A stretch of DNA of 64,000 nt, taken from Spironucleus salmonicida (Eukaryota). The translations under genes were made by a program, and so were the position numbers. Location of the stretch: NCBI RefSeq assembly GCF_000497125.1, contig NC_090598.1, forward strand, positions 806,001 to 870,000. Reading direction: 5' to 3'. How positions within the stretch are numbered: position 1 is the first letter of the stretch; each line of letters begins with the position of its first letter. Shown one piece after another: positions 24,690 to 39,530 of this stretch. The notes below the pieces were generated by a model, which ran no database searches, had not been told where the DNA came from, and saw only the letters and a list, made by a program, of their open reading frames with translations.

Positions 24690-25607
24690 ATGTCGCTGAA
24701 CCCGCCCTCTACGGTCAAGCGGGAATTCAACTCCCCCCTAGCCTAATTGGAGCTCAGCACGGTGAACCTGCTCTCCCTCACGCCCTTGTCGTGCTCGAAA
24801 CCTCCCTCTGCCGCAGAGCTCGAATCGGCCCCAAATTTCATCCCAGGGCACCTCATGGCCTACCCGAACGAGACGCTGCAGTCGCTGAAACTACACGAAA
24901 CGACGATTCCACCCTCCTACCCCACGCTGGTGCTGCCGCAGGACCAGTTCCACAAACTCTTCAGATGCGCCACCGCTCTGCGATTATCCACTCACTGCCG
25001 CTTCGCGGTTTTGGACACCTTCCACAAAATTTACTCGAATTTCGACGTGGCGGCCAAATTCGCGCCCGTCGCGTGCTGCGTTGTCTCGATTTGCTCGAAA
25101 TTTGAGCCGAATTTTGGCCAATTTTCCACTCTAAAACGGGTCGTGAATGTGCTTTTCGGCGCGCAGCAACCCGGCCTCTAGAAGCTGATTTCGTGGGAAT
25201 ACGCCGTTCTGGATGCCCTGGAATGGCGTGCGGAGAGCGTAAACGCGTGGACTTTTGCGGAATTCTTCGGCGCGGCCTGCCACTTCGACAGGCTCAGCAT
25301 GGCGTTTTATGAGTATCTGCTGGCGATTTGCTATTTGGATAGTCAGATTTACCACTTTAAACCGCTCAAAATCGCCGCTGCGGGGGCCAGTTTGACGTTA
25401 GAAAAGTTCAAGGGGATAAAATTTACCGTAAACTTGAAGCAGTGGAGTGGAGTTGAATATTAAGATATATGTGCTGAAATATAATATATTAAAGAAAAAT
25501 TTCGATAGGGAAAGGTGGTCCGCGGATTCTTGCACGAGTACTATTCTAGCGCCGAAATGGGCCGCGTCAGCGTCGTCGGGAGCGACGCAAATTGCATTTT
25601 TGAGTGA
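24690..25607 (+). CDS. Cyclin (A/B-type fold, divergent; 305 aa)
   Basis: Cyclin-box features SICSKFE, WEYAVLDALEW, YLLAICYLD...FKPLKIAAA. Ends gAGTGA. Confidence 0.85.
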
Positions 25608-25626
25608 GTTGTAGAATTTAGTCAGC

Positions 25627-27333
25627 TCAGGGGTACGAATTTATGATGTCAATCACGTTCATCACCACGGCCTCTACGCAAATGATCCCGTAGACCACAA
25701 TTAGGCACTTCGCTAAAATGCTGAAATCCTTCATCTCCTTGAATTTGCAATCGAATTCTTGGCGCTGCGCGATCTCGACGCCCTCGTCGATTTCCTGCAC
25801 CGCCTGCTCCAGCATGTTGACCACTTCCGTGGCTCCTGGGGCATTCTCTGGCTAGCTGTCCTGCATATTATCCGCATCGTTGCCCTTCAGATCGTTCCCA
25901 AAGCTTTGGTTCTTGCTACCGCTTCTGACGCGGACGTTATCCCCTTCGACGATAATGCTGACGGCTCTAGAACGGCCCACTGGGACCGTTTCCAGCGCGT
26001 TATACGGGCGCTCGTCAATGCCAAAAATTTTGTTGCTTAGCGCTCTGGCCCGGCCCATGTTCAAGTCTACGCCAGTCATTGCCATAAGGGCTACGGATAC
26101 GCTATCAATGGGCTATTCCGCGTTAGATTCGATGAGATCTCTTGATATATTCTACCTGCGAATAGCTGGTAACTTGATAATGATTGTGAAGGGAATGAAG
26201 AAATAGAAGAAATAACCCGCCAGCGCACCGAACAACCCGAAAATTTACACAATCGATTCTAGCACTAACGCTAATAATAATGTGCAAACAATATAGAAAA
26301 CTGCTACGCCAATCTGGACTAGATACTTCTTCTTTTCATTTAAGTTTGGAAAATAGGATGCAAAGGCTACTTTTAATGGATAAAGCGCTAAAGGATAAGC
26401 GATCATAATCGAAAATGCATAAACGAATGCTAGAACATTCATATAAGTTTAGTTACAGCCTGCGAAAGCTACAAATATATTATCTTTAATGTTAGAATTA
26501 AACATGGCTGATGTCATTAACCCTGTAACTAGATAGAATGTTAGTGACACACAAAGGGCAATAACTTCTGCTATCCAAACAATTTTTTTACGTATAATCG
26601 GAGGACCTTAGAGCTCATTGAGCATGTTTGGTATCAAAGTATGTACAGTAAAATATCCTTAAAGGCCAGGAATATACATGAAAAAATTCAAAATTTATTG
26701 GTAAACAGGTGTAGTAGCGGTTGATGGGAAGAATTCAAGCTTATATTAATTTCCACAAAAAGATTTGCTTTTCAAGAAAACAAAAAAGTATACTATGAAT
26801 GAAAACCCAGATACAAAAATGACTAATCCTGCTACAGATGCTACCTTTGATAACTACTTAAGAGATTTTATGCAAGAAAGTGGAAATATAACGCATACTG
26901 CTATTATTAACTTAACATACATAATGTTGAAATTGACATTAAAACTTTTTAAAAACATGTCTATGTTTTTAGCAGCAACTACAATATAACCAGTCAGATA
27001 ACCTAAAAATGATATATATAATGATGCATCTAATATATAGCCCGCTTTTTTCCCTAATACGGCTTGAGCCAATTCACGATATGTACCAGAAGAAGTATAA
27101 TGAGCTCCTGAAATAAAATAGTACATAAAAATTAGTAAAGACAAAACTGTATAAACGAATATAAAAACACCAAGAACTACACCCAACTTATTGAGTAAAA
27201 ATCCTATTGATAGTAATGATACACCCATCATTGAAGATATTAAGGTAATAGAAGTTGATTACATTTATTTGTCCTTTTTGCGTGTATTAGAATGCATTTA
27301 CTACTACCCATTTTGTTAAGGGTTGTTGTTCAT
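25627..27333 (-). CDS. Amino acid transporter, AAAP/SLC38 family (568 aa)
   Basis: SSMMGVSLLSIGF, FPLSCIKSLK, IMIAYPLALYP, IFGLFGALAG. Four track fragments are in one code-6 frame. Confidence 0.88.
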
Positions 27334-27778
27334 TATCAAATAAACTACAATTTAGATAGTATTCTATATTATATAAGATTTATTCAGATTCACAATATGA
27401 TTTTTTAATAATTAATTTATATAAATAAATAATGTAAATTCTATAATTTACTACTGAAATATTAGTAATTTTATAACAATATTTACAGATTCTCATTTGT
27501 TACTAAATTTTCTTATCTGCTTGAGAATAAATTAATATATAAGACATAAGATATTATGAATTTCTAGGTTAATTTATTCTCTCAGTTAAAAATATAAATA
27601 AAACAATCTTGAACTAAATAAATATTAACATATATAAAACCTATATAAAATAATACTAAAAATAATAGTCTTGTAGATATTAAAGTACGTATAATGAGTA
27701 TTCATAAGACTATTTTATAACACTATTAATTATTGATATAAATTACAAAAAAATACCGACTACTTTTTACAGGAGACG

Positions 27779-28765
27779 ATGTCGGCGTTCTCGGCGGTGC
27801 TGCTGGGCCGCGTGGCGGCGGAGGAGGCTATCGAGATCATCAAGTACGACAAGTCCGCGCAGTTCAAGAAGAACAAGAACAAGGAGGACATCACCTCCGT
27901 GACCGCCGAGTCCGGGCAGCCGCTGATGCTCCCCACCTCGGACCGCCTCATCTGGCCCGGGGACAACCTCGACCCGATGACGGTGCTCGCGATCGGCATC
28001 TCCGCCATCTCCCTGCGCGAGAACCCGGAGTTCCTGCTCCGGTACGCGCAGCGGATTCTCCAGTTCTGCGACATCCACGCCCGCCGCGCGGTGCCCTTCA
28101 TGATCGCGCTCGGCTTCGCGTCGAACCCGGACAAGCTGGCGATCTCGGACCTGGAGAAGCTGGCCCTCAACAGCGACAAGACGCTCTCGGCGAACGCGAT
28201 TCTGGCGCTGGGCATCGTGGGCTGCGGCAGCCAGAACTCCCAGATCTGCGGCGTGCTGCGCCACGCGGTGGAGAGCAAGTTCTACAGCGACGGCGTGATC
28301 GAGCACGTCCTGCTGAACGCCCAGATCGCGTTCGGCCTGCTCTACTGCGGGAGGGGCAGCCTGTGCATCAACCTGAAGAACCCCAAGTCCCTCGCGGCGC
28401 TGCTGAGCCTGCTCAACTTCGCCGCCCCCGCCGCGTCGGTGATGGCGAGGCCCAAGTGCACGATGGTGTACTACCTGCTGGCGTGCTGCCTCGAGCCGAA
28501 GGTCGTGACCTGCGTGGACGCGGACATGAACAGCGTCAAGGTCAGCGCGCGCGTGGGGAGGGAGATCGAGGACTACCAGAGCGAGAAGGGCGCCAGGCTG
28601 GTGGGCTTCTCCCTCCACGAGACGCCGGTCGTGAAGAGCGTCGGCCAGAGCCTGCGGGTCGTCAGCGAGGGCAAGGTCGGGCTGAACGAGGACTGCGGCG
28701 TGGTCGTGGTCGTGGACGGGGAGCAGCAGGGGCAGGACGAGGACGAGGATAACCTCTACAGGTGA
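27779..28765 (+). pseudogene. RPN1: 5'-truncated copy of proteasome Rpn1 (C-terminal 328 aa, in frame from an internal Met)
   Basis: Identical to the 3' third of 34599..37511. Upstream sequence is unrelated AT-rich DNA. Confidence 0.8.
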
Positions 28766-28975
28766 GCTGTTGCGCTGTCACTGCCGTCCGGCCCCCCCTG
28801 GTTTACGCTCCACACCCCATTCCGCTCCACGCCCTTCCGCACTTACTTCGGGGCGCGGCCGCGGGATGTCGGAACTCGCCTGCGGCTGCCGGTGGCCCGC
28901 CGCCGTGCGCTGGTGCCGCCCCTTACTTTTTAGTTACCAAGTATCTTTTTTCGAACCACTCCCAGTATACAAAGA

Positions 28976-29308
28976 ATGGAGTCCCGGCGCATCTCCGGCC
29001 ACCTGTTCATGGGCGTGCAGCAGAAGCTCCCGGAGCCCGACATGGCGGTCGTCAACGCCACCTTCTACACCGCCGCCGACGTGCTGGCCCGCCGCGACCA
29101 GCACTGGGTCAGCTACCGTGGCATGGTGTACGACCTCAGCCTCTACGTCGCCTACCACCCCGGCGGCGACTGCTTCGACTGGGGCTACGACATCACCGCC
29201 GCGACCACCGCCGCCCACGCCTTCGTCCACGCCGAGATGTTCATCAGACGCCTCGCCGTCGGCGTGCTCCAGGGCCCGCCGCAGACCCCGCCGAAGCGGC
29301 CCTTCTGA
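28976..29308 (+). CDS. Soluble cytochrome b5-like heme-binding protein (110 aa), copy A
   Basis: WVSYRGMVYDLSLYVAYHPGG...DIT....AH carries both axial His. CCACTCCC upstream. Confidence 0.88.
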   Translation: MESRRISGHLFMGVQQKLPEPDMAVVNATFYTAADVLARRDQHWVSYRGMVYDLSLYVAYHPGGDCFDWGYDITAATTAAHAFVHAEMFIRRLAVGVLQGPPQTPPKRPF

Positions 29309-29975
29309 GATTTTCCCCCACTCCACGGACGGCGAACCGGTGCATTCCCCGCAGCCTCCACGGGCGAGCTAGTGAACGCCCCCTCACTCCACGCTCCCCC
29401 GCGCCATGGCCTGCTTGCGAAATAGCCTTAAACTCAATAATAAGTTTTGTTTAATATAATATTTAGATCAGAGTATAAAAGTTCTACTAACTTAATAAAA
29501 ATACGAATATCAACAATGTCTTATATATCAAATTCTAATTATCCTTAATAATATAATTCTAACCAATAATAACCACCTAATGGTTATAATCAATAGAGTA
29601 ATGCGAATAACATGTAATAATATTCATAAATACAACCTATTATGGTATGTCCATAAATCCCAAATCATATCCCTCCTCATATTCCTAAATCCAATGTATA
29701 AAATTATTAATAGTAGTAATTACCAAATTAACAATAAAGTCATGGTTTTTTTGGAAGGTTTAAAAATGTGTGATTTATCTTATATAATATATTTATTTCT
29801 AATCCTAATTTTTTTTGATTTTCGGATAAGAATCCAAAATTTCACAAATGTAAAAATCAATATAATCATTTTGATATAACTTCCATTATTAGAGAATGGG
29901 ATATTCTTAATTTTCTTATTAAATCTAAAATACTTCAAAATAATAAAAAATTTAAAATCAATCAGTAAATTTAAA

Positions 29976-31325
<1,350 letters not shown>

Positions 31326-32981
31326 TCTATTTAATTTATTTTTTTAAATCATAAGCAATAAATTAAAGTCTATGCTGTAATGAATATTAATGATAAAAGA
31401 ATTATAAAATTATTTATAAAACTAATATTTTCAACGAGAATGAATGTATTCTAAATAATAGGATTTAGTACTGTATTAAATTTCTTAATAATTATGAATT
31501 ACACTAATGCCACTACAATTGTTACAATAAATTAGGCTAAGTTCATTAATATATTTACCATGATGACAAAGCTAGGAGATTTTTCATAACGTAAAAATCC
31601 AAATAAATACAATATAATATTTCCACTTATTATTGTGGCCCCAAAACCACTAATCTATGAAAATTAATCTATTTATTAATGCTAATGAAGAAGATATATA
31701 TCATTACCTTTATATTTTGACATTGCAGATAAAATTGAGCTTCTAATAACCATTTTTGTTTAAAGCTTAGTAATATAAATTTGATCTATTAATATAGTAC
31801 TAAATATTAATAATTTTATATTTTTTGTAAACGTTTTTGTATACGTTAGTGTTTTAGCTATAATTTATATATGCTAAAATTCATTTGAATGTTTTAATAG
31901 AACTATGATATACTAACATATAAATACAAATTTGAATCAAATAACTTGCTTATATGAAAATATTTTGTCAAAAATAAACATTTATATTAGGTATTTTTAA
32001 TATTATTTACTGTATCCATTAAACTAGTAAAAGAGTATTTTATATTGGTATCACCACTATTTCAATCTCGAGAAAAGCAATTTTAACACCTTAACATAAA
32101 ATTTTTCGTATTTATAAATTATAAAAAGATAATATTGAACACAAACATACAATAGGCATTTTTCATTGAAAAATAGGATTTTTGATTTATGAGGAAGTTC
32201 CATGAAATATAATTGATATCTATGGTAAATTATTTATATTATTACTTTAATTATAAAAAATGAAGTAATAAATTGAGATGAGATATTTTTATGATTTATG
32301 TTAACTGGGAGTAACTATGATATATAGTACTATAATTACTTCAAATATATTCAACTTTTTATATAAATAATCATAGCAGATTTCAAGATATCACAGACTT
32401 TGTTTATTAGTTAAAATGCTAAGAACATATAATTTAATATTATTTTTAATCATTACCTGGGTTTTACAAATCATGAGAATATACATTATACTCTGCCCTA
32501 TCTGGCTTTAACTTTTGAAGTAAACAAAATAGGAATTAAATTAGTTAATTCCTAATTTATTGCAAAAAAACAATGAATTCCAAAAACTTTATCATTTAAA
32601 ACGAGTAATATATTTATTTCCTTATAATTATATTAAACTACTTTTATCTATACTCAAATAACATATAACTTTACTTCGCAGCCTCACCATATCAAGCCAA
32701 CTAACCTAGCATTATTATTTTCACAGAATAATATTTTTATATATTAATATAATTATTTTTTATAAAAACAGAAATACTCATAATTTAATCCAAAAAACTG
32801 CCTAATTTACCACTATATTATTAATTTTAACACACAACCTTTCAACAAACCTTCTGAACTTTTACCTTTCCCAACCTCATATCTACTTCAATAACTCGAA
32901 AATTACGCTTTCCAAAAATAGTTTAATTTTTTTTCAAATTATATATTATCATTATTATACATTAATACCCATAAAATAAAA

Positions 32982-33707
32982 ATGGATTTGGCCTTCAACT
33001 TTGCCCTTTCGGACCAGCTGGCCACCATACGGCCAAACAAGTCCTGCAAACTCCCTACTGGCGCGCGAACGCATCGCATACTCCCAAATTTCCCGATTTA
33101 CGAGCGAATTCCGCAAAGCGCCGCAACGCTAAAAAGCAGCCGCGCGGTGTTCGCGCAGGAGCCGTTATCGCCTAGGCTGCCCCCTTGCATGCCGAAATTG
33201 CAGCCCTAACCGGAATTCGGCCTCGTTAAGCAGATTTCGCGCACCCCTGCCGTCTACAAGGGCCTCTACGACAGCGAAATCGCGAAAGCGGGAACGCTGC
33301 GCCCCGCGCGGGTGCGGGGGGCGGTGATAAGGCTCTTCCCGGAGGCGAAAATTGAGGTCTCAAGGACGATGCGGAAGCTGACGCTGCGCCAGATTTAGAG
33401 CTTTGTGGAAGGGAGCAAAAAAAATTGTGGGATGCAAACGGATATGGCCGATTTGAGCATTTTGCGCGGCGCTAGCAGCGTCCGCCGCGCAATTTGCAGG
33501 CAGCAGCAGCTGAGCATAGAGAACATGTCTGTTGTCGGCGACCAGTCCGATTTGTTTCATCTTTCGCTCATAAAGTGGATCAGGGGCATTGGCACGCAGC
33601 GGCTGGACATCGTAGAAAATCTGCGCAGGGACGTTATAAGGGCCAGCTATTATTTGAAAAATTAGCGGCTCATTGCGTCGGATTTGTAAAAATAGCCTTT
33701 AAAATGA
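32982..33707 (+). CDS. Hypothetical protein (241 aa)
   Basis: GC-rich continuous code-6 frame from an A-rich ATG to TGA, joining two track ORFs. Confidence 0.65.
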
Positions 33708-33791
33708 ATATATTTTATTGGTTTATCATTCTTAATTCTTAATTTTAAATATAGATCTTTGTTAATATTAAGTTATATATTAGTAATTTAA

Positions 33792-33980
33792 ATGAAGAAA
33801 CACAATTCATTCAAAAATCATGCTACGACGACTTTGACGGTGTACATCATCTAACTATAGACTAGCATAGAGGCTTAGATTAACAGAATGATTCGTCTCG
33901 AGGAAAATTGTGGTAGGCTAGACTTGTAGTTAGGTGAAATATTTCGCAAGCAGGCCATGGCGCGGGGGAGCGTGGAGTGA
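33792..33980 (+). CDS. Small hypothetical coiled-coil protein (62 aa)
   Basis: MKKHNSFKNH...ARGSVE ending ggAGTGA. Its 3' end lies inside duplication 2. Confidence 0.5.
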
Positions 33981-35596
33981 GGGGGCGTTCACTAGCTCGC
34001 CCGTGGAGGCTGCGGGGAATGCACCGGTTCGCCGTCCGTGGAGTGGGGGAAAATCTCAGAAGGGCCGCTTCGGCGGGGTCTGCGGCGGGCCCTGGAGCAC
34101 GCCGACGGCGAGGCGTCTGATGAACATCTCGGCGTGGACGAAGGCGTGGGCGGCGGTGGTCGCGGCGGTGATGTCGTAGCCCCAGTCGAAGCAGTCGCCG
34201 CCGGGGTGGTAGGCGACGTAGAGGCTGAGGTCGTACACCATGCCACGGTAGCTGACCCAGTGCTGGTCGCGGCGGGCCAGCACGTCGGCGGCGGTGTAGA
34301 AGGTGGCGTTGACGACCGCCATGTCGGGCTCCGGGAGCTTCTGCTGCACGCCCATGAACAGGTGGCCGGAGATGCGCCGGGACTCCATTCTTTGTATACT
34401 GGGAGTGGTTCGAAAAAAGATACTTGGTAACTAAAAAGTAAGGGGCGGCACCAGCGCACGGCGGCGGGCCACCGGCAGCCGCAGGCGAGTTCCGACATCC
34501 CGCGGCCGCGCCCCGAAGTAAGTGCGGAAGGGCGTGGAGCGGAATGGGGTGTGGAGCGTAAACCAGGGGGGGCCGGACGGCAGTGACAGCGCAACAGCTC
34601 ACCTGTAGAGGTTATCCTCGTCCTCGTCCTGCCCCTGCTGCTCCCCGTCCACGACCACGACCACGCCGCAGTCCTCGTTCAGCCCGACCTTGCCCTCGCT
34701 GACGACCCGCAGGCTCTGGCCGACGCTCTTCACGACCGGCGTCTCGTGGAGGGAGAAGCCCACCAGCCTGGCGCCCTTCTCGCTCTGGTAGTCCTCGATC
34801 TCCCTCCCCACGCGCGCGCTGACCTTGACGCTGTTCATGTCCGCGTCCACGCAGGTCACGACCTTCGGCTCGAGGCAGCACGCCAGCAGGTAGTACACCA
34901 TCGTGCACTTGGGCCTCGCCATCACCGACGCGGCGGGGGCGGCGAAGTTGAGCAGGCTCAGCAGCGCCGCGAGGGACTTGGGGTTCTTCAGGTTGATGCA
35001 CAGGCTGCCCCTCCCGCAGTAGAGCAGGCCGAACGCGATCTGGGCGTTCAGCAGGACGTGCTCGATCACGCCGTCGCTGTAGAACTTGCTCTCCACCGCG
35101 TGGCGCAGCACGCCGCAGATCTGGGAGTTCTGGCTGCCGCAGCCCACGATGCCCAGCGCCAGAATCGCGTTCGCCGAGAGCGTCTTGTCGCTGTTGAGGG
35201 CCAGCTTCTCCAGGTCCGAGATCGCCAGCTTGTCCGGGTTCGACGCGAAGCCGAGCGCGATCATGAAGGGCACCGCGCGGCGGGCGTGGATGTCGCAGAA
35301 CTGGAGAATCCGCTGCGCGTACCGGAGCAGGAACTCCGGGTTCTCGCGCAGGGAGATGGCGGAGATGCCGATCGCGAGCACCGTCATCGGGTCGAGGTTG
35401 TCCCCGGGCCAGATGAGGCGGTCCGAGGTGGGGAGCATCAGCGGCTGCCCGGACTCGGCGGTCACGGAGGTGATGTCCTCCTTGTTCTTGTTCTTCTTGA
35501 ACTGCGCGGACTTGTCGTACTTGATGATCTCGATAGCCTCCTCCGCCGCCACGCGGCCCAGCAGCACCGCCGAGAACGCCGACATCGTCTCCTGTA
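33940..35596 (-). repeat. Inverted duplication 2, native arm
   Basis: Reverse complement of 27768..29424. Both ends fall inside open reading frames here. Confidence 0.97.
34056..34388 (-). CDS. Cytochrome b5-like protein, copy B
   Basis: Identical to 28976..29308. Confidence 0.88.
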   Translation of the reverse strand: MESRRISGHLFMGVQQKLPEPDMAVVNATFYTAADVLARRDQHWVSYRGMVYDLSLYVAYHPGGDCFDWGYDITAATTAAHAFVHAEMFIRRLAVGVLQGPPQTPPKRPF

Positions 35597-37511
35597 GGAT
35601 GCGTGGGTCGTTGGATCCTGAATATGCAAATACCGTAATTAACGATTAGAGATATGCTGCTAGTTGCTTATTATCCTCTACAGCAGTAACTGCCATATGT
35701 TCGTTAGCTTAGTCAGGCTTCTTTACACTCTATAAAACATTTAAAATACTAGCAACAAATTCGTTACACTTAACAGCTTTATCAGCACAATTTGCTGCTT
35801 AGAAAAATATCAATGCAAGACCAATACAGCAGAGAGGGAAGAAACGAAGTAAACGTTGAGAACGTGAGTTTCCAGCGATAAGACGTAAAATTACGTTAGC
35901 GGAGTTAATATCACATGAACCCAAAGATATCATACCTAGTGCTAAGCAAGCAAATGATCTAGGATTTTTCTCCAATGATGGAATTTTCTCTGAAATATCA
36001 CAACTCGACTATCGCAAACGTTTAGCAATAATTTACTTACATTATTCATGGTTTGTGCCAAAATATGCCATTCCCATCCCGAATACTGCCAGTGCCTCCT
36101 TACAATTTGCCCATTCTACAGTAAGATCATTTTTACTGAGTTTGTCATGGTTTCTCGCATTTAATTAACAACCTGAACGATGAACTGTCAATTTAGCTTC
36201 AAGATCGCCAGACTCATCATCAAATGGGGTGAATTACCCAGCTAGTAATTTATAAACATAATCAAAGTGTTATGGGCGTGTTCCCTATGCAGCTATGCCA
36301 ATTCCTAATAAAGACCCTGCTCGGATATACTTATCAGTTGAATTCTAAAGTTTTATAAGCTATTCAAATGAACATTCATAACCTCCCCATAACCAAAGAA
36401 GACCAACTGAAGCAGCAGCCATGGCAGTAGATATATCACTTTTACCTGATTCTAAAGTTCCATTGGTCATTTTCAATAATAAGTTATATCCTTCTGGTAG
36501 TTACTTTTAATCGTTTCCAACGGCATTTTCAACTTTTTCTGTAGCAATTTAGCTTTCATTGACATTTTCCGTTTCCTGTGAAAAATCCATATCAGAATTA
36601 ATAAGAAAATCTGTTTTACAACCAGCATTCATGAATCCATTTTATAGAAAATCAGCAAGATAATGCTAAGACTTACTCCATTCTATTTGAATATCATCTC
36701 TCTTAAGAACATCATTTACAGATTTAGGAAGCGTTAAATTAAGTTATACTAACGAATTATTAAATAGTGGAGATTTATGCGCATTTCTTAATATAGGTAA
36801 ATGTTTTTCTTGAACAATAATTTAATCCTATATAATTTCTTAATATGGTGCTAGCATGAGTGAAATTTATAGCTTCTCAGCATCATTTGCACTATCATAT
36901 ATCATTTGCATCTATTACCAGTTTTAGGATTATATATAAAGTTTTGATGCCTAAATATAAAATTTTCCATTTGTTAAAATATTTGCTAAAAAATTGAATT
37001 TCTCGTATTAATCCTCATAATTTGTGGTTAGTTTAAGACAATTAATTAAATATAACATTACTCTATCCACGTTTTGTGATGTTAAAAATGGAGATATTAA
37101 CGAGTAGTCTACGATAGAAATACAGTCTAGCATATCTATTTCTCTATTTTCCTAATTGAGAAATAACAAAATTTCTGTTAATTTAGTATCCTTGCTTTGT
37201 GCTAATTTGACAGCTGCGATTCTGGCAAGTTCAATAGGTAGAGTTTTAAAGTTAGCTAAATTAGATAACTCAATAATTTAAGCATCTTCAGGTGTAAAAA
37301 TAAGCAATAATTTGAGTAAAAGTTAACCCGTTTATGGATACTTCTTAAGTGTATCAATATGATTTGATAGCTCTTACAAACAAAGCGATGTATTTAGTTT
37401 GGAATCCTCAGTTTATTAGGTTAGAAGATATAACTAGGAGGTTGAGTCTGGTAACCGAGTAATGAGTTCAGATATTGTTTATTAAATTTATGTCTTATCA
37501 GAGGAGGTCAT
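34599..37511 (-). CDS. RPN1: 26S proteasome regulatory subunit Rpn1/PSMD2 (about 970 aa)
   Basis: EIDMLD...NVDRVMLYL, NGFMNAG, PC-repeat segments, RRAVP...LG..SNP, AQIAFGLLYCGRG, VSARVG...GFSLHETPV. The ATG at 37511 is in frame with the track ORF. Not every internal codon was checked. Confidence 0.9.
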
Positions 37512-38220
37512 TTAGAGGTGTGGAAGGGGGTACCAAAAATGTTAATATTATATAAAAGTATGTTAAAAACTTGATTCTATTGGCAATAATTTGGTAGGAT
37601 TTAGTTCTCTAAATACAGTGAATGAAATTGATTCAAGAAAATATAAATACAAGTAATCATGTCCTAATATCTATTAGTTTAGCACACCATGAATATTCCA
37701 AGTTTAAAAAATAACTTGTTGATTTCACATTATATAAAGTAACAAATTATTTTGCCATCTGCTATATAATTTGAATTCTTACCTTGTTGTATATTAAAAT
37801 AGTTACTGAAATAGTTAGCTATTTCATATAGTTAAAATTTGTAATTATGACACTGAATATTCGATAATATTTTAAATCACACCAAAAACAAAATTTTGAG
37901 TTATATTATAGGTTCATCTATTATAAATATAAAATATTATAAATTTCTTAATACTGTTGATTATATTTTATCGAACAATTATTTACTTTATTTTATTATA
38001 TAACAGTAATAACTATAATTATTCATTCGAAAATTGAATTAAATAATTTACGTAACTTCAAATAACGAATTTTTAAGTTTTCATCACTATTATAATACTG
38101 AGTATCATATATTAATAATTATCTTTTAAATATCTAAAGTAAAAGTATGCTTGATTGGAAGTAGTAAGTTATTCATATCTGAATCTTATCAGTATTTAAA
38201 ACAATTATGATGGCCCGGTC

Positions 38221-39530
38221 CCTGCACCCAACCGGTACTTCGTGGTACATCTGGGCCCAACCGGTACTTCGTGGTACACCTGGGCCCAACCGGTACTTCG
38301 TGGTACACCTGGGCCCAACCGGTACTTCGTGGTACACCTGCCCCCCTACCGGTACCTGGGCCCAACCGGTACTTCGTGGTACACCTGGGCCCAACCGGTA
38401 CTCTCCCCCCCGTCGTGGTACACCTGGGCCCAACCGGTACTTCGTGGTACACCTGCGCCCAACCGGTACTTCGTGGTACACCTGGGCCCAACCGGTACGT
38501 CGTGGTACACCTGCGCCCAACCGGTACTTCGTGGTACACCTGGGCCCAACCGGTACGTCGTGGTACACCTGCGCCCAACCGGTACTTCGTGGTACACCTG
38601 GCCCAACCGGTACTTCGTGGTACACCTGGGCCCAACCGGTACTTCGTGGTACACCTGGGCCCAACCGGTACTTCGTGGTACACCTGGGCCCAACCGGTAC
38701 TTCGTGGTACACCTGCGCCCAACCGGTACTTCGTGGTACACCTGGGCCCAACCGGTACTTCGTGGTACATCTGGGCCCAACCGGTACTCGTGGTACACCT
38801 GGCCCAACCGGTACTTCGTGGTACACCTGGGCCCAACCGGTACGTCGTGGTACACCTGGGCCCAACCGGTACGTCGTGGTACACCTGGCCCAACCGGTAC
38901 TTCGTGGTACACCTGGGCCCAACCGGTACTTCGTGGTACACCTGGGCCCAACCGGTACGTCGTGGTACACCTGGGCCCAACCGGTACGTCGTGGTACACC
39001 TGCGCCCAACCGGTACTTCGTGGTACACCTGGGCCCAACCGGTACTTCGTGGTACACCTGGGCCCAACCGGTACGTCGTGGTACACCTGGGCCCAACCGG
39101 TACTTCGTGGTACACCTGGGCCCAACCGGTACGTCGTGGTACACCTGGGCCCAACCGGTACTTCGTGGTACACCTGGGCCCAACCGGTACGTCGTGGTAC
39201 ACCTGGGCCCAACCGGTACTTCGTGGTACACCTGGGCCCAACCGGTACGTCGTGGTACACCTGGGCCCAACCGGTACTTCGTGGTACACCTGGGCCCAAC
39301 CGGTACGTCGTGGTACACCTGGGCCCAACCGGTACTTCGTGGTACATCCTGGGCCCAACCGGTACTTCGTGGTACACCTGGGCCCAACCGGTACGTCGTG
39401 GTACACCTGGGCCCAACCGGTACTTCGTGGTACACCTGGGCCCAACCGGTACGTCGTGGTACACCTGGGCCCAACCGGTACTTCGTGGTGCATCTGGGCC
39501 CAACCGGTACTTCGTGGTACACCGGGGCCC
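38221..39530. repeat. GC-rich 29-bp tandem minisatellite, about 45 units of GGGCCCAACCGGTAC(T/G)TCGTGGTACACCT
   Basis: Directly visible head-to-tail units with no spacers, a few 1-nt indels, and alternating T/G variants. Confidence 0.98.

Larger units (their letters stand above)
27768..29424 (+). repeat. Inverted duplication 2, ectopic arm (1657 bp; partner 33940..35596)
   Basis: Position p pairs with 63364-p. No mismatch noticed. Confidence 0.97.

Noticed and set aside
31349-32600. AT-rich minus-strand membrane-protein-like frame (similar weak frames at 2700-3460, 7700-8300 and 22900-23500)
   Set aside because: Frames are interrupted by TGA, and long frames arise easily under code 6 in AT-rich DNA, so I could not support boundaries.
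38221-39530. CRISPR array (29-bp repeats with internal palindromes)
   Set aside because: Units are head-to-tail with no unique spacers, there are no cas genes, and the genome is eukaryotic.
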